DNA of 64,000 bases from Nanobdellota archaeon (GCA_038046005.1 JBBSXB010000005.1:1-64000); one strand, 5' to 3'. Shown: positions 40,063-50,379, counted from the first letter of the stretch. Translations and numbers: made by a program. The notes: generated from the sequence alone by a model not told the origin.

Positions 40063-41769
40063 ATGACAGAATTATTCACTAACTTGAGTTTGATCATTCT
40101 AATAGCTTTTCTAGTGTCTTTTATGATAAGGCTTTTAAAACAGCCTCTTTTAATCGGTTATATTATCACCGGAATCATCGCTGGTCCATACTTCTTTAAT
40201 TTGATTGAGGCTGACCAGACAATCGGAACATTTTCAAAGCTGGGTGTTGCTTTGCTTTTGTTCACCGTTGGTTTGCATTTAAATCCCAAAGTAATAAAGG
40301 AAGTGGGAAAAACTGCTCTTATCACAGGAGTTGGGCAGGTCATTTTCACTTCGGTAATTGGTTTTTTAATTGCTAAAGGGTTGGGTTTTGCAACCTTGAC
40401 ATCTGTCTATATTTCTGTTGCGTTTACGTTCAGTAGCACGATTATAATCCTGAAATTGCTTAGCGATAAGGGGGACCTTAACAGTGTGTATGGAAAAGTC
40501 TCGGTTGGACTTTTGATATTCCAAGATTTGATTGCTGTCTTTTTATTGATGATTATTTCTTCATCTTCTAATAATATTGTCACTCCGTTCTTGATTACAT
40601 TTACTGTCATTAAAGGTATCTTTATACTTGGCGCTTTATTTTTAATCAGTTTGTATTTGCTTCCACACATAACTAATTTTGTTGCAAAATCACAGGAATT
40701 TTTATTTTTGTTTTCTATTGCATGGTGTTTTGCACTTGCTAGCTTATTCCAATATTTTGGCTTTTCATTGGAAATAGGGGCGCTGCTTGCAGGAATCTCT
40801 CTTTCAACTTCCGTTTATGGTGCAGAAATAAGCTCGAAACTTAAACCCTTGAGAGATTTTTTCATCGTAATGTTTTTTGTCGTAATAGGTTCACAGATGA
40901 TTATTGGAGAAGTTGGCGCCAATGTAGTTCCAGTAATTATTTTCTCTCTCTTCATTTTGATTGGTCATCCTGTAATTATGATGATGCTAATGGGGGCATT
41001 GGGATACACAAAAAGAAACAGCTTTTTAGCAGGATTGACCGTTGCACAAATAAGTGAATTCTCGATAATCATGGTGGCTTTAGGAGTAAGTGTTGGTCAT
41101 ATAAGCAGAGAAATTTTGTCTTTGGTAACGATGGTCGGATTAATCACAATTGCAGGCTCTACTTATCTAATAATGTATTCAAACAAAATTTATCCTTTAA
41201 TCTCAAAATACCTTAATATTTTTGAAAAAAAGAATGTCAAGGAAAAGAAAGAGATTAAAGAAAAGTATGATGTAATCTTGTTTGGTTATAACAGGATTGG
41301 ATTCGGCATATTGAAATCACTTAAAGAGTCAAAGACAAAGTATCTTGTCGTTGATTATAATCCTGAGATAGTTTCTAATTTAAAAAAATTCAGAGTTCCT
41401 GTTTTGTATGGAGATGTTTATGACAAAGAATTCCTGGATTCGCTTCCGCTGAAAAATGTTAAAATAGTTGTGTCTACAATTCCTGATGTTGAAACTAGCA
41501 CCGTGCTGATAAAAACTGTAAAGGGTATTAATCCTCAAGTGATAGTCATTGTAAGAGCAAACCAGATTGATGACGCTTTGAAGCTTTACAAATCCGGAGC
41601 TGATTATGTTCTGACTCCTCATTTTTTAGGCGGAGAATATGTTGCAAACATGGTTAAGAATTTTGGAGATTCTTCATTGAACTACAAGCTAGAAAAAGAA
41701 AGGCATTTGAAAATGCTTCACGAGAGGAAAAATCTCGGGCAAGAGCATCCTGATGTGGATAAGAATTAA
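40063..41769 (+). CDS. CPA2/Kef-type cation:proton antiporter with TrkA-N domain
   Basis: FSSTIII, QDL, LRDFF, QISEF, FGYNRIG. Confidence 0.9.
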   Translation: MTELFTNLSLIILIAFLVSFMIRLLKQPLLIGYIITGIIAGPYFFNLIEADQTIGTFSKLGVALLLFTVGLHLNPKVIKEVGKTALITGVGQVIFTSVIGFLIAKGLGFATLTSVYISVAFTFSSTIIILKLLSDKGDLNSVYGKVSVGLLIFQDLIAVFLLMIISSSSNNIVTPFLITFTVIKGIFILGALFLISLYLLPHITNFVAKSQEFLFLFSIAWCFALASLFQYFGFSLEIGALLAGISLSTSVYGAEISSKLKPLRDFFIVMFFVVIGSQMIIGEVGANVVPVIIFSLFILIGHPVIMMMLMGALGYTKRNSFLAGLTVAQISEFSIIMVALGVSVGHISREILSLVTMVGLITIAGSTYLIMYSNKIYPLISKYLNIFEKKNVKEKKEIKEKYDVILFGYNRIGFGILKSLKESKTKYLVVDYNPEIVSNLKKFRVPVLYGDVYDKEFLDSLPLKNVKIVVSTIPDVETSTVLIKTVKGINPQVIVIVRANQIDDALKLYKSGADYVLTPHFLGGEYVANMVKNFGDSSLNYKLEKERHLKMLHERKNLGQEHPDVDKN

Positions 41770-41809
41770 TTTACCACAAAACATATAAATTTGCTATCTA
41801 TTAATTTTT

Positions 41810-42130
41810 ATGGTAACATTTGTGTCTCAGTATGATGTTTTTGTGCAGATGGTTCATTCTTCTGACAGTTATTTAAATGCAACAGAACAAGGGAGAAAAG
41901 AGATGGATGAATATTTAAAATCTCAAGAAGTTAGAAATCATTTTGGTAGTAGAATTATCCCCCAGTTCACACTTCATGAATCAATTGTTTTAGAATTTAC
42001 AAATTGTGGTGCTTTCCAGCAAAGAACACCCCAAGAGCAACAAAATATTGGAAGATATTTGTCCTCTAAAAAATTTAAAGGTGTTGTTGATAAATTAGAG
42101 AGTAGAGTTAATAATTTTTTTAATGTTTAA
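41810..42130 (+). CDS. Hypothetical protein
   Basis: 106-aa ORF with a TATA box upstream. Confidence 0.55.
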   Translation: MVTFVSQYDVFVQMVHSSDSYLNATEQGRKEMDEYLKSQEVRNHFGSRIIPQFTLHESIVLEFTNCGAFQQRTPQEQQNIGRYLSSKKFKGVVDKLESRVNNFFNV

Positions 42131-42206
42131 TGAGACAGGATTTTTTAGCCTTTTTTAACAATTTTCTTAAAGATAACTTTAAATATAATATCTTCTTTTG
42201 GGAAAT

Positions 42207-43499
42207 ATGATTGATATAAAACTGATAAGAGAGCATCCTGAGATTGTAAAAGAGAACATAAAAAAGAAGTTTCAAAATCAAAAGCTTATTTTAGTTGATA
42301 AGATTAGAGAGTTTGACGATGAGTGGAGGGCACTTAAATACAAAGAGGATAATTTAAGGTCGGAAAGAAATAAAATTTCTCAGGAAATAAATGAGCTTAA
42401 AAAAGCCGGGAAAAATGTCAAGAACGAGCTGAAAAAAGCAAAAGAAATTCCGGAAGAAATTGAAAAGGTTTTGATTCAAAGAAAGAAACTTGAGGATGAT
42501 GTTTACAATATTTCTCTGCAAATCCCGAACATTATTGATAAGAGTGTTCCGATAGGAAAAGATGCTTCTGAAAATAAAGTTGCGAAGGTTTTTGGAAAGC
42601 CTGCAAAATTAGGATTTGAAGCGAAGGGTCATGCTGAGCTTGGAGAAAAATTGGGAATCTTAGATTTTGATTCTTCTGCAAATATATCTGGAAAAGGATT
42701 TTATGTTTTGAAAAATGAACTTGCTTTGTTAAACATGGCTTTGATAAATTTTGCAAGAAATTTTATGATAAAAAAAGGATTTGAATATATCGAACCCCCT
42801 TTAATGCTAAGGGAAGAAATCTTGAGGGGAGTTTACTCCAAAAATGAAATTGATCAGATGTCTTACAAGATTGAAGGTGAGGATCTTTATCTGATTGCTA
42901 CATCAGAACATCCTTTAATCGGAATGTTCATAAACAAAACTTTAACGTCAAAAAATATTCCTGTAAAACAAACTGCTTATTCAATGTGTTTCAGAAAAGA
43001 AATAGGAAGCCACGGGATTGATGAAAAGGGAGTTTATAGGACTCACCAATTCAACAAACAGGAAATGATTGTCATATGTGAGCCTTCTGAGTCAAGCAAA
43101 TGGTATGATGAAATGATGAAGATGAGCGTTGAACTTTTCAAGGAGCTTGAGTTTCCATTCAGAATTTTGGAAATTTGTTCTGGAGATTTGGGAGATTTGA
43201 AAACTAAGCAATGTGACTTTGAAGCATGGAGTCCGAAAAGGAAAGAATATTTTGAGATTACATCTTTGTCAAATATGGGAGACGCACAGGCAAGAAGGCT
43301 TGGAATAAGGATTGACAATGGCAAGGAAAGATATTTTGCCCATACTTTAAACAATACAGTTATAGCAACTTCAAGAATTATGGTTGCAATCTTGGAAAAT
43401 TTCCAACAAAAAGACGGAAGCATAAAGATTCCAAAAGCATTGTGGCCTTATACTAAGTTTAAGGTAATCGGTTCTATTGAGAAAAAAAACAAAAAATAG
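42207..43499 (+). CDS. serS: Seryl-tRNA synthetase
   Basis: MIDIKLIRE, ATSEHP, FRKEIGSHG, HQFNKQE, HTLNNT. Confidence 0.96.
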   Translation: MIDIKLIREHPEIVKENIKKKFQNQKLILVDKIREFDDEWRALKYKEDNLRSERNKISQEINELKKAGKNVKNELKKAKEIPEEIEKVLIQRKKLEDDVYNISLQIPNIIDKSVPIGKDASENKVAKVFGKPAKLGFEAKGHAELGEKLGILDFDSSANISGKGFYVLKNELALLNMALINFARNFMIKKGFEYIEPPLMLREEILRGVYSKNEIDQMSYKIEGEDLYLIATSEHPLIGMFINKTLTSKNIPVKQTAYSMCFRKEIGSHGIDEKGVYRTHQFNKQEMIVICEPSESSKWYDEMMKMSVELFKELEFPFRILEICSGDLGDLKTKQCDFEAWSPKRKEYFEITSLSNMGDAQARRLGIRIDNGKERYFAHTLNNTVIATSRIMVAILENFQQKDGSIKIPKALWPYTKFKVIGSIEKKNKK

Positions 43500-43503
43500 A
43501 ATT

Positions 43504-43743
43504 ATGAAAAATAAAATAGCCGTTCTAATAATGGCTGGATTGTTTTGTGCAGTTTTAGGATACTTTTTGTATAATAATTTAAGCAGAAATGGTGATCGTA
43601 TTAACTCGGAATCTAATTTTAACAACAATAGTGGAAGTTCGGCTAGTTTTGGTTCTCAGGGCCAGACAACTGTTGACAGTAGTGAAGCCGTCAAAGTGGG
43701 AAAAAGACTTTCTAATGGGCATGTGAGGGTGAAGGCAGCATAA
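43504..43743 (+). CDS. Small membrane-anchored protein, possibly truncated
   Basis: N-terminal TM segment followed by an S/N-rich linker and an early stop. Confidence 0.4.
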   Translation: MKNKIAVLIMAGLFCAVLGYFLYNNLSRNGDRINSESNFNNNSGSSASFGSQGQTTVDSSEAVKVGKRLSNGHVRVKAA

Positions 43744-43848
43744 TCACAAACTTTAAAAACCGTGTTTGAGAGATATGGTTAAGTATATGCGGACTATTTC
43801 TGAAGAAGTAGAAAAGCAGAACGACTAAATACAGATGGAGGAAACGAA

Positions 43849-44208
43849 ATGAAAGTATACGTAGGGAATTTGTCTTTTGCTATCGACAACAACAAGCTTA
43901 ACGAACTTTTCTCTGAATTCGGAGGAATCGAAGAAGCTATTGTCATTGTTGACAAGTTTTCAGGCAGATCAAAGGGATTTGGGTTCGTGACTTTTAAGGA
44001 TGACGATTCAGCTAAGAAAGCCATTTCAGAAATGAATGACAAGGAAGTTGAAGGTAGAAAACTTAAGGTTAATGAAGCAAAACCAATGGATCCTGACAGA
44101 CCAAGACCCCCTAGAAGAGACTTTGGCGGCAGAGGCTTCGGTGGCGGTGGCGGTAGCGGTAGTGGTGGCGGCGGCAGAAGATTCGGCGGAAGCAGAGACA
44201 GATTCTAA
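43849..44208 (+). CDS. RRM RNA-binding protein with Gly/Arg-rich tail
   Basis: RNP2 VYVGNL and RNP1 KGFGFVTF. Confidence 0.93.
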   Translation: MKVYVGNLSFAIDNNKLNELFSEFGGIEEAIVIVDKFSGRSKGFGFVTFKDDDSAKKAISEMNDKEVEGRKLKVNEAKPMDPDRPRPPRRDFGGRGFGGGGGSGSGGGGRRFGGSRDRF

Positions 44209-44300
44209 ATATTTGTCTCAATAAATGAATTTTTCTTTTTTTCTTTTTTAAATTTAAGTTGATGTTTTAGTGCAATAATTTTTATAAGGGGTTAATTAGT

Positions 44301-44954
44301 GTGAGAAATATGGTAGGTAAAGTAAGAATAAGCTACGTTCTAAATGAGAACTATTTTGTGGTTCCAGGAGTTTCTTACAAGGGAGAGACTGGAACCTGGA
44401 ATGTTTTTGAAAATCTTACTGGACAAGTGACTCAAGATGAGCTTGTTGAATACTCTGAAAAAGAAAAACAAAAAGGAAATCCTTATTTGATGGATTTGCC
44501 TTTGCATTTTGCTGTTTTTCTTGCTGCCTACAAATTAAGAAATGGTCAAGATGCCAAGAGATTAAGGGCGTTTTTGCAAAATAGCCTTAGAAGACATTTA
44601 CATACTCTAACGAGAATTGCATATAATCCTGATGGAATAGATGAAGCAATGCACAATTATGGAACTTCTGAACAATATTCTTTAAAAGGAACTATCATTG
44701 GTCCTGACCAGTGGATTAAAGATATGGAAGACAAAAAAACTTTGGAAATTCTTTTAAGTACAGAAGATGTTGTACAAATAAATAATGTTTTTAAGTGGAT
44801 TAGCAAGAAAAATGGATATATTTGTAGAGTGAATTTGCCAACTAAAGAAGATGAGGAAGCTGTCAGGCTTTATGCTGGCGACGATAGGTTCTATTTAGAC
44901 TGTGGCAAGTTAGGTGGTGCGTGTCCTGCCATACGTGTTATGAGAGTTGATTGA
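44301..44954 (+). CDS. Hypothetical protein (possible C-type-lectin-fold family)
   Basis: 217-aa ORF; C-terminus AVRLYAGDDRFYLDC...IRV. Confidence 0.55.
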   Translation: MRNMVGKVRISYVLNENYFVVPGVSYKGETGTWNVFENLTGQVTQDELVEYSEKEKQKGNPYLMDLPLHFAVFLAAYKLRNGQDAKRLRAFLQNSLRRHLHTLTRIAYNPDGIDEAMHNYGTSEQYSLKGTIIGPDQWIKDMEDKKTLEILLSTEDVVQINNVFKWISKKNGYICRVNLPTKEDEEAVRLYAGDDRFYLDCGKLGGACPAIRVMRVD

Positions 44955-45004
44955 GGTTTTAAATCAGTAACTTTTAAAAGGGGATTTCTGCATTATATTT
45001 TCAT

Positions 45005-45117
45005 GCTCGCATGGTCTAGCGGTTATGACTCATCCCTGTCGTGACATCTTCTTTATGAAAAAGAAAGGGGAAAATCACAGAACGGATGCGATCCGGGTTC
45101 GACTCCCGGTGCGGGCG
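45005..45117 (+). tRNA. tRNA-Asp(GTC) with a 41-nt intron at 37/38 (45042-45082)
   Basis: Acceptor GCTCGCA/TGCGGGC, anticodon stem CATCC/GGATG, T arm CCGGG-TTCGACT-CCCGG; BHB with CTGT/ACAG helix and 3-nt bulges CGT and AAC; TTTTAAAA box at 44972-44979; CCA not encoded. Confidence 0.93.
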
Positions 45118-45169
45118 TAATACATATTAGACCAATTTGGTGAGACTCTTTTCCTAACGGATATATTGT

Positions 45170-45200
45170 ATCTCGACTGTCCATATAAAATCCCGAGATC
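45170..45200. promoter_or_regulatory. Palindromic P site copy 0, overlapping the integrase TATA box
   Basis: ATCTCGACTGTCCATATAAAATCCCGAGATC, ending 11 nt before the ATG. Confidence 0.65.
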
Positions 45201-45211
45201 AAGGAAAAGAT

Positions 45212-46363
45212 ATGAAAATCGATCCATATAAGCACAAGGAAAGATACCTTAATTGGAAAGAATCAGTAAAACAGGGAATTCCGAGCATAAGCAAAGAAAA
45301 CTCGGAAATTATACTGCAATATCTAAAAGATATGGAAATTGGAGTTAATATTTCTTCAGTTAGTGTGAAAGGCTCAAGAGGATATAATAGACTAAACACT
45401 TTAAAGGACAAACTTATATTCTTCTCCAAAAAGTTTAACACAAGCTTTAATTTGGGCTGTATAATGGAGATTAAAGAGGAACAGTTATTTCAATTCTTTT
45501 CAGAGATGGATAAAGGAATCATAAAAAGACAAGATGGAAATAACTTTATGGGAGTGCACACTTATGTTAAGATATTCAAAGCGTTTTGGCATTGGTATCA
45601 GAAAATCGCCAGAAAGCAGGGAATTGAGGTAAAAGATATTACTTTAGATTTAGATACTAAAGCAAATAAGCCAAAATGGGTTTATCTTACAGAAAAACAA
45701 GTTAAACAGCTTTATGATAGGGCAGGAAGTAGATACAAAGTCCTAATAATGTTCTTATTTGACACAGGAATAAGAGCGCCAACAGAGTTGATTAATATTA
45801 GAGTTAGCGATTTATTCAATAATTGCACTGAGTTGCAAATAAGAGATGAAATAAGTAAAACATTTGGAAGAAGAATTAAATTAATGCTTTGCTCAAACAT
45901 TCTTAAAGACTATATTCAAGAAAATAATCTTAAACCAGAAGATCAGTTATTTGCAATAAACCCAACTGTAGTAAACAGATATCTCAAAAATTTAGCAGTG
46001 AAGATTTTTGGCAAAGGCATGAGTGATGCAGGTGAATTATATTCTAGATTATCAATGTATGATTTCAGGCATTGTTCATGTTGTTATTGGCTTCCAAGAT
46101 ATAAATCTGAAAGTGCCTTGAAATATAGATTTGGATGGAAAAAATCAGATAAAATACATTATTATTCAGAATTATTAGGAATGAAGGACAAAATTTCTGA
46201 AGAAGACCTTTTGATTGATATAACTAAAACAGAAATTGAGAAAAGACTGACAAAAGCTGAAAGAGAAGTTGAATTTTTAACTGAAGATAATCAGCACATG
46301 AAAAATCAGATGAAGGAAATTCTAAAATTAATCTCCAATGCTAGAGAAATTGTAGCTAATTAA
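45212..46363 (+). CDS. Tyrosine recombinase/integrase 1
   Basis: DTGIR, KT, YDFRH, FGW, HYY catalytic pattern; C-terminal coiled coil. Confidence 0.88.
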   Translation: MKIDPYKHKERYLNWKESVKQGIPSISKENSEIILQYLKDMEIGVNISSVSVKGSRGYNRLNTLKDKLIFFSKKFNTSFNLGCIMEIKEEQLFQFFSEMDKGIIKRQDGNNFMGVHTYVKIFKAFWHWYQKIARKQGIEVKDITLDLDTKANKPKWVYLTEKQVKQLYDRAGSRYKVLIMFLFDTGIRAPTELINIRVSDLFNNCTELQIRDEISKTFGRRIKLMLCSNILKDYIQENNLKPEDQLFAINPTVVNRYLKNLAVKIFGKGMSDAGELYSRLSMYDFRHCSCCYWLPRYKSESALKYRFGWKKSDKIHYYSELLGMKDKISEEDLLIDITKTEIEKRLTKAEREVEFLTEDNQHMKNQMKEILKLISNAREIVAN

Positions 46364-46367
46364 AAAC

Positions 46368-46775
46368 AGCCACTCGGCATAATAGGACTCTTTTTGGTTG
46401 GTGGCTCTTTTTGAAGTGATTATTATACAAGAAACATTCAAATTAATGGTGACTCTCTAGACCTTAGATTTTTGAAAACCTATTTTTATTAAATCCGACG
46501 ACAAAATATGAAGAGTCACTCGGCATAATAGAACTCTTTCTTGGCAGTGACTCTTTTTTGAGATAATTCCTTTATGATAAACACTCAAACTAATTGTGGC
46601 TTTTAACTCCTAAAAAAAGGCCAAAGTGCGCACCCCCAATTTTGAGTGCTACAAAATAGATTCTCGTCGGCAAAATTACATAAAAATCATCAAGAGTCAG
46701 TCGACTTAATATGTATGAATGGGGGTGGTGACTCGCTTAAAAAACGCCACCCCCTATAATGGAACTCTTTCTTTA
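46368..46775. repeat. Non-coding region with degenerate direct repeats and hairpins
   Basis: CACTCGGCATAATAG.ACTCTTT at 46371 and 46517, partial copy near 46746; stems AGCCAC/GTGGCT, GAGTCAC/GTGACTC and GGGGGTGGTG/CGCCACCCCC. Confidence 0.75.
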
Positions 46776-46806
46776 CATGAGTTGATTTTTTTATTATAAG
46801 ATCTTC

Positions 46807-49416
46807 TTACTTAATTCCAAACAAATTCTTAACAAAACTAGTAATTACAGAACTAATTGTCTTTTTTTGAGTTGTCGTAGTTGTTTGTACTGAAGTTTTA
46901 GTAGTTGTTGTAATAGCTGCTTTTGGTTGAGTTGTAGTAGTCTTAGGAGTAGTGGTTGTAGTGATTGTTTTTGGAGGTGTTGTGGTAGTTGATGTTCCAA
47001 CTTTCATCGTTACTTTTGTGTTCTTGTAGCTTGCTCCTTCTTCAAGTGTAAATTTAAGTGCAGAAGTATCAAAGCCATTTGTTCCTGGCCCTACTCTTAA
47101 ATTTACTATTGGACCTTTTCCAGTCGGAATAACTGCAGATCCGTCTAACTTATATATTCCAATTATATCTTTATTGAAAGTCACACTGAGTAAGCTTGTT
47201 CTTGGTGTTGAAGTAACTCCCAATACTTTCATCTTAGTTGTATCATATGAAATTTTGAGTCTTACTCCTGAAAGATCATCAGTATTGTCAAGATTTATTG
47301 GAACTAACTTTTCAGTATTTGTTCCTGTTGCAGTCCCGAATGAAACTGTTGAAGTTGAATATCCTGAATAAGTTCTATTATTGCAACTTAGAGGGGTGAA
47401 TGAAATGTAAAGATAATCTATCATCCTCGACAAGTCAGAAATATCAATACCTCCATCAGGTGATCCATCAACATTTCCAACAGACATTGGTGCCTTAAAT
47501 GGTGTAAATGAAATAAACATGTAATCTATCATTGCACTAAGGTCAGCGATGTCTACATTGCCACTCATGTCAAGATTGCCACATATTGTATTTGTTTTGG
47601 TTTTACAAGCACCATCCTGACAAAAAAATCCAAGAGGTTTAATAGTAGAGCAATCGGAAACTCTTGTTCCAACAGATCCATTGTTATTACAGACATACTC
47701 ATAAACCCAACCCTCATATGTTCCATCTTACACACAATAATCAGTATATGAAACACCCTGATAAGTTACAATTCCCTTCATATTATAGTTATAACCTCCA
47801 TCACTGTCAGTGCAAGTTGGTTGTTTCGTGACTTCAATCAAAGCTCCTGAATCATTCATGTCAAGAACAGATATTGACATGTTGTTGAAACTGTCAAAGT
47901 ATGTTTCGTTTTTGAATATGAGCGGCCAAGGAGATTGAAAATGCTCCGAAAAACTAGAATGTGTATTAATAAGAAATGTCCCAATATTTTCAAAATTGTT
48001 AATCTCATTCTGCCCTAATCTTATTAATAATCCATGTTTAAATCTCTCTTCAGTGGGGGGTCGGTCCAGTAAATTTTTATTACTATAATTATTATAACCC
48101 CTATATTCAACATAATAATTTGACAAAAGGTTTAAGTTGTAGTCACCGCTATGAACTGGAGTTAGATTCATAATAGAGATATTATAATTTATGGGTATTT
48201 TAATTCCATGGATTTCTGAGGGATTTATTAATTTTTTTTCTAAAGGAGTGATAAAAAATATTCCTTCCTCAACTTCTGCTATATTATTATCATTCCAACC
48301 CAAAATCTTTTTGCTAAAAACACCATAATCACCATAAAAACTAGAAAATCCCATAACATCAAAAAAATCCCCATATTCATAATAAGTATGATATTTTTCA
48401 ATCACCAAAATTTCCTTTGCGTGCATAAGACCAAAATTATGTCCAAATTCGTGAACGAGAGTATTAAAACTATTGGGATATTCATTATCATAATAGTGTT
48501 GCCAGTAGTGATTAATCCATAAAGAATAGATATTAACTATTCCCTCATTTGTTAAATAAAAATTTTTTCCAATAGCGGCCATTCCAGAATACCATTTAAA
48601 GCAATCATTAGTTGATGAGTAAACAATAATTCCATCGTATTTACTAAAGTTTGTATCTTGGTCTGATTTATTTATTGCGATATTAACGTAGTCTGAATAA
48701 TCACAATTTGAGAAGTTATCATAGATGTAAGAACCTCCAAAATCTACATGTATGTTTGCTTTCCCATAAGAAGCATCCTTTATCCAATTATTTACTAATC
48801 CGAAAGTTATGTTGGTAAAATTTTCTGCATCAAAATTATTTTTATCTGCTTCATTTAATAAATAAACAACAACATATTTCTGCTCACCCAATGTTTTTGG
48901 CCAAGGTTCAACATTCGCGGAAGCAACAGAATAACTTGTTCCTCTTAAGTTTGAGTTTGTATCAGAAAAACTTATTTTATTATCTTTTAAATAACCAGTT
49001 ACTTTTATTTTGGATTTTACAGGTAAGTGTTTATCTGTACTTAGCTCGTATCTTTTTCCATTATCATTTAGATAATAAACTTCTTTGCTTAATTGAGGTT
49101 CCTTAAAATTATCAATAATCATTAATTCAACAACTCCTTCTTTTGTTACTAACTCTCCTAAAGAATTCTGCGTCTGTGGATTAACCCTTGTCGTTGTAGT
49201 TGGTGTCGTCGGAACAGTCGCTTTGGCCGTAGCCTGTGTCGAAGGACTAGGTGTTTGGAAATTAGAAGTTTTTGCTCCAATTATATCATCGGCAAACTTC
49301 TTCACAATATTTCCAGTAGAATTATAATTGAAACCCAAAAGAACCAACTCCAACACAATAATTAATGATAAAACTAGAATTAATGTTTTGTTAAACTTCA
49401 AACCTCTTTTCTTCAT
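46807..49416 (-). pseudogene. Surface metzincin peptidase-Cys module-dockerin-cohesin protein split by one in-frame TAA
   Basis: HEFGHNFGLMH + DVMG Met-turn; the frame continues past the TAA at 47728-47730 (DGTYEGWVYEYVC...CQDGAC...CGNLDMSGNVD) into the 46807-47568 ORF. Confidence 0.8.
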
Positions 49417-49488
49417 TTAATCATAAAGCAAAAGTAGTTTAAAATAATTTGGGTTGGTAGAAAGTTTATTACCCAATCCATAAATTTC

Positions 49489-49519
49489 ATCTCGACAAGA
49501 TTTATAAAGTCGAGAGATC
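49489..49519. repeat. P site copy 1
   Basis: ATCTCGACAAGATTTATAAAGTCGAGAGATC. Confidence 0.8.
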
Positions 49520-49676
49520 AACACAAATTGTAAAAAATCAAGGGCAAAAAAGAGTCCCATGATTTTGGTCCAATGTATCTCCGATTCGGTGCGGGCGTAG
49601 ACTCCTTTTGGAATAATTAAGTGATGTACTTTTTCTAAATGCAAAAATCTATATATTTCAAGGGATAGACTTTTGT

Positions 49677-50378
49677 ATGGAAAATACTATCTGGGTAAAT
49701 CTTAAGAGAGAGCTTAAAGAAGATTTTAAATTAAGAGAGACTAAACTTCTTTGTTTTGCGACTTTCTTGGTAGTGATTCCTTGGATTCTTTCTAGCTTGT
49801 TATTTTTTGTTTCAGAAAAGGGAATATACTGGGTCAGAATTATTACTTTGGCCATATTTATAATCACTGACATCTTTTACGTTTTAAGAAAAAAGAGAAG
49901 AGATAATTTTTTTACTTCTTGGGGAGACTGGTTGACTATTCTTATTTTAGTAGCAATGTTAGTATTATACCTTGTACTAAGCTTTAAGTCTCTGGAATTT
50001 AAAATATTATCTTTATTGGCTTTTGTCTTTGTTGTGCTTGCAGTATTAGTCATAAATGGCTTTGTCCTTTTAGTAAAAAGCGAAAGATCGTTTTGGATAA
50101 TTCTTCCGTATATTGCCCTCGTTAGTGCAACAATAGTTTTTTTCGGATTTACATTTACTTTTAGCCAAATTAATTATTCTAATGGGACTTTAGTCAAAAA
50201 TGCATGGGATTATATTTACTTTAGCTCGTCTACTTTTTATGCTTCTACATATGGAGACATAATCCCAACTGGAGCGTTGAGTAAATTTTTAACCCAGATA
50301 GAAATATTTTTTAGTTTTATTATACATATTTTCTTAGTTGGTTATATCCTTTCAAAACCTAGGAAAAGTGAAAAATAA
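49677..50378 (+). CDS. Membrane protein with ion-channel pore domain (Ion_trans_2-like)
   Basis: Multiple TM segments; DYIYFSSSTFYASTYGDIIP pore-loop motif. Confidence 0.75.
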   Translation: MENTIWVNLKRELKEDFKLRETKLLCFATFLVVIPWILSSLLFFVSEKGIYWVRIITLAIFIITDIFYVLRKKRRDNFFTSWGDWLTILILVAMLVLYLVLSFKSLEFKILSLLAFVFVVLAVLVINGFVLLVKSERSFWIILPYIALVSATIVFFGFTFTFSQINYSNGTLVKNAWDYIYFSSSTFYASTYGDIIPTGALSKFLTQIEIFFSFIIHIFLVGYILSKPRKSEK

Positions 50379-50379
50379 A

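Larger units (their letters stand above)
45107..49598. mobile_element. Integrated unit 1 (integrase + surface peptidase cargo)
   Basis: Bounded by CGGTGCGGGCGT at 45107 and 49587; integrase gene adjacent to the tRNA. Confidence 0.8.

Noticed and set aside
44120-44190. GC-rich GGC/GGT repeat
   Set aside because: It encodes the Gly-rich tail of the RRM protein.
45053-45235. 60-aa minus-strand ORF
   Set aside because: It is antisense to the tRNA-Asp gene and the integrase promoter.
30701-47730. Stop-codon reassignment suggested by two in-frame stops
   Set aside because: The stops differ (TAG and TAA), and both codons end many intact conserved genes in the window.
47565-47756. 63-aa ORF suggesting a frameshift in the peptidase gene
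   Set aside because: The A7 run keeps the main frame open; only one in-frame stop interrupts the gene.
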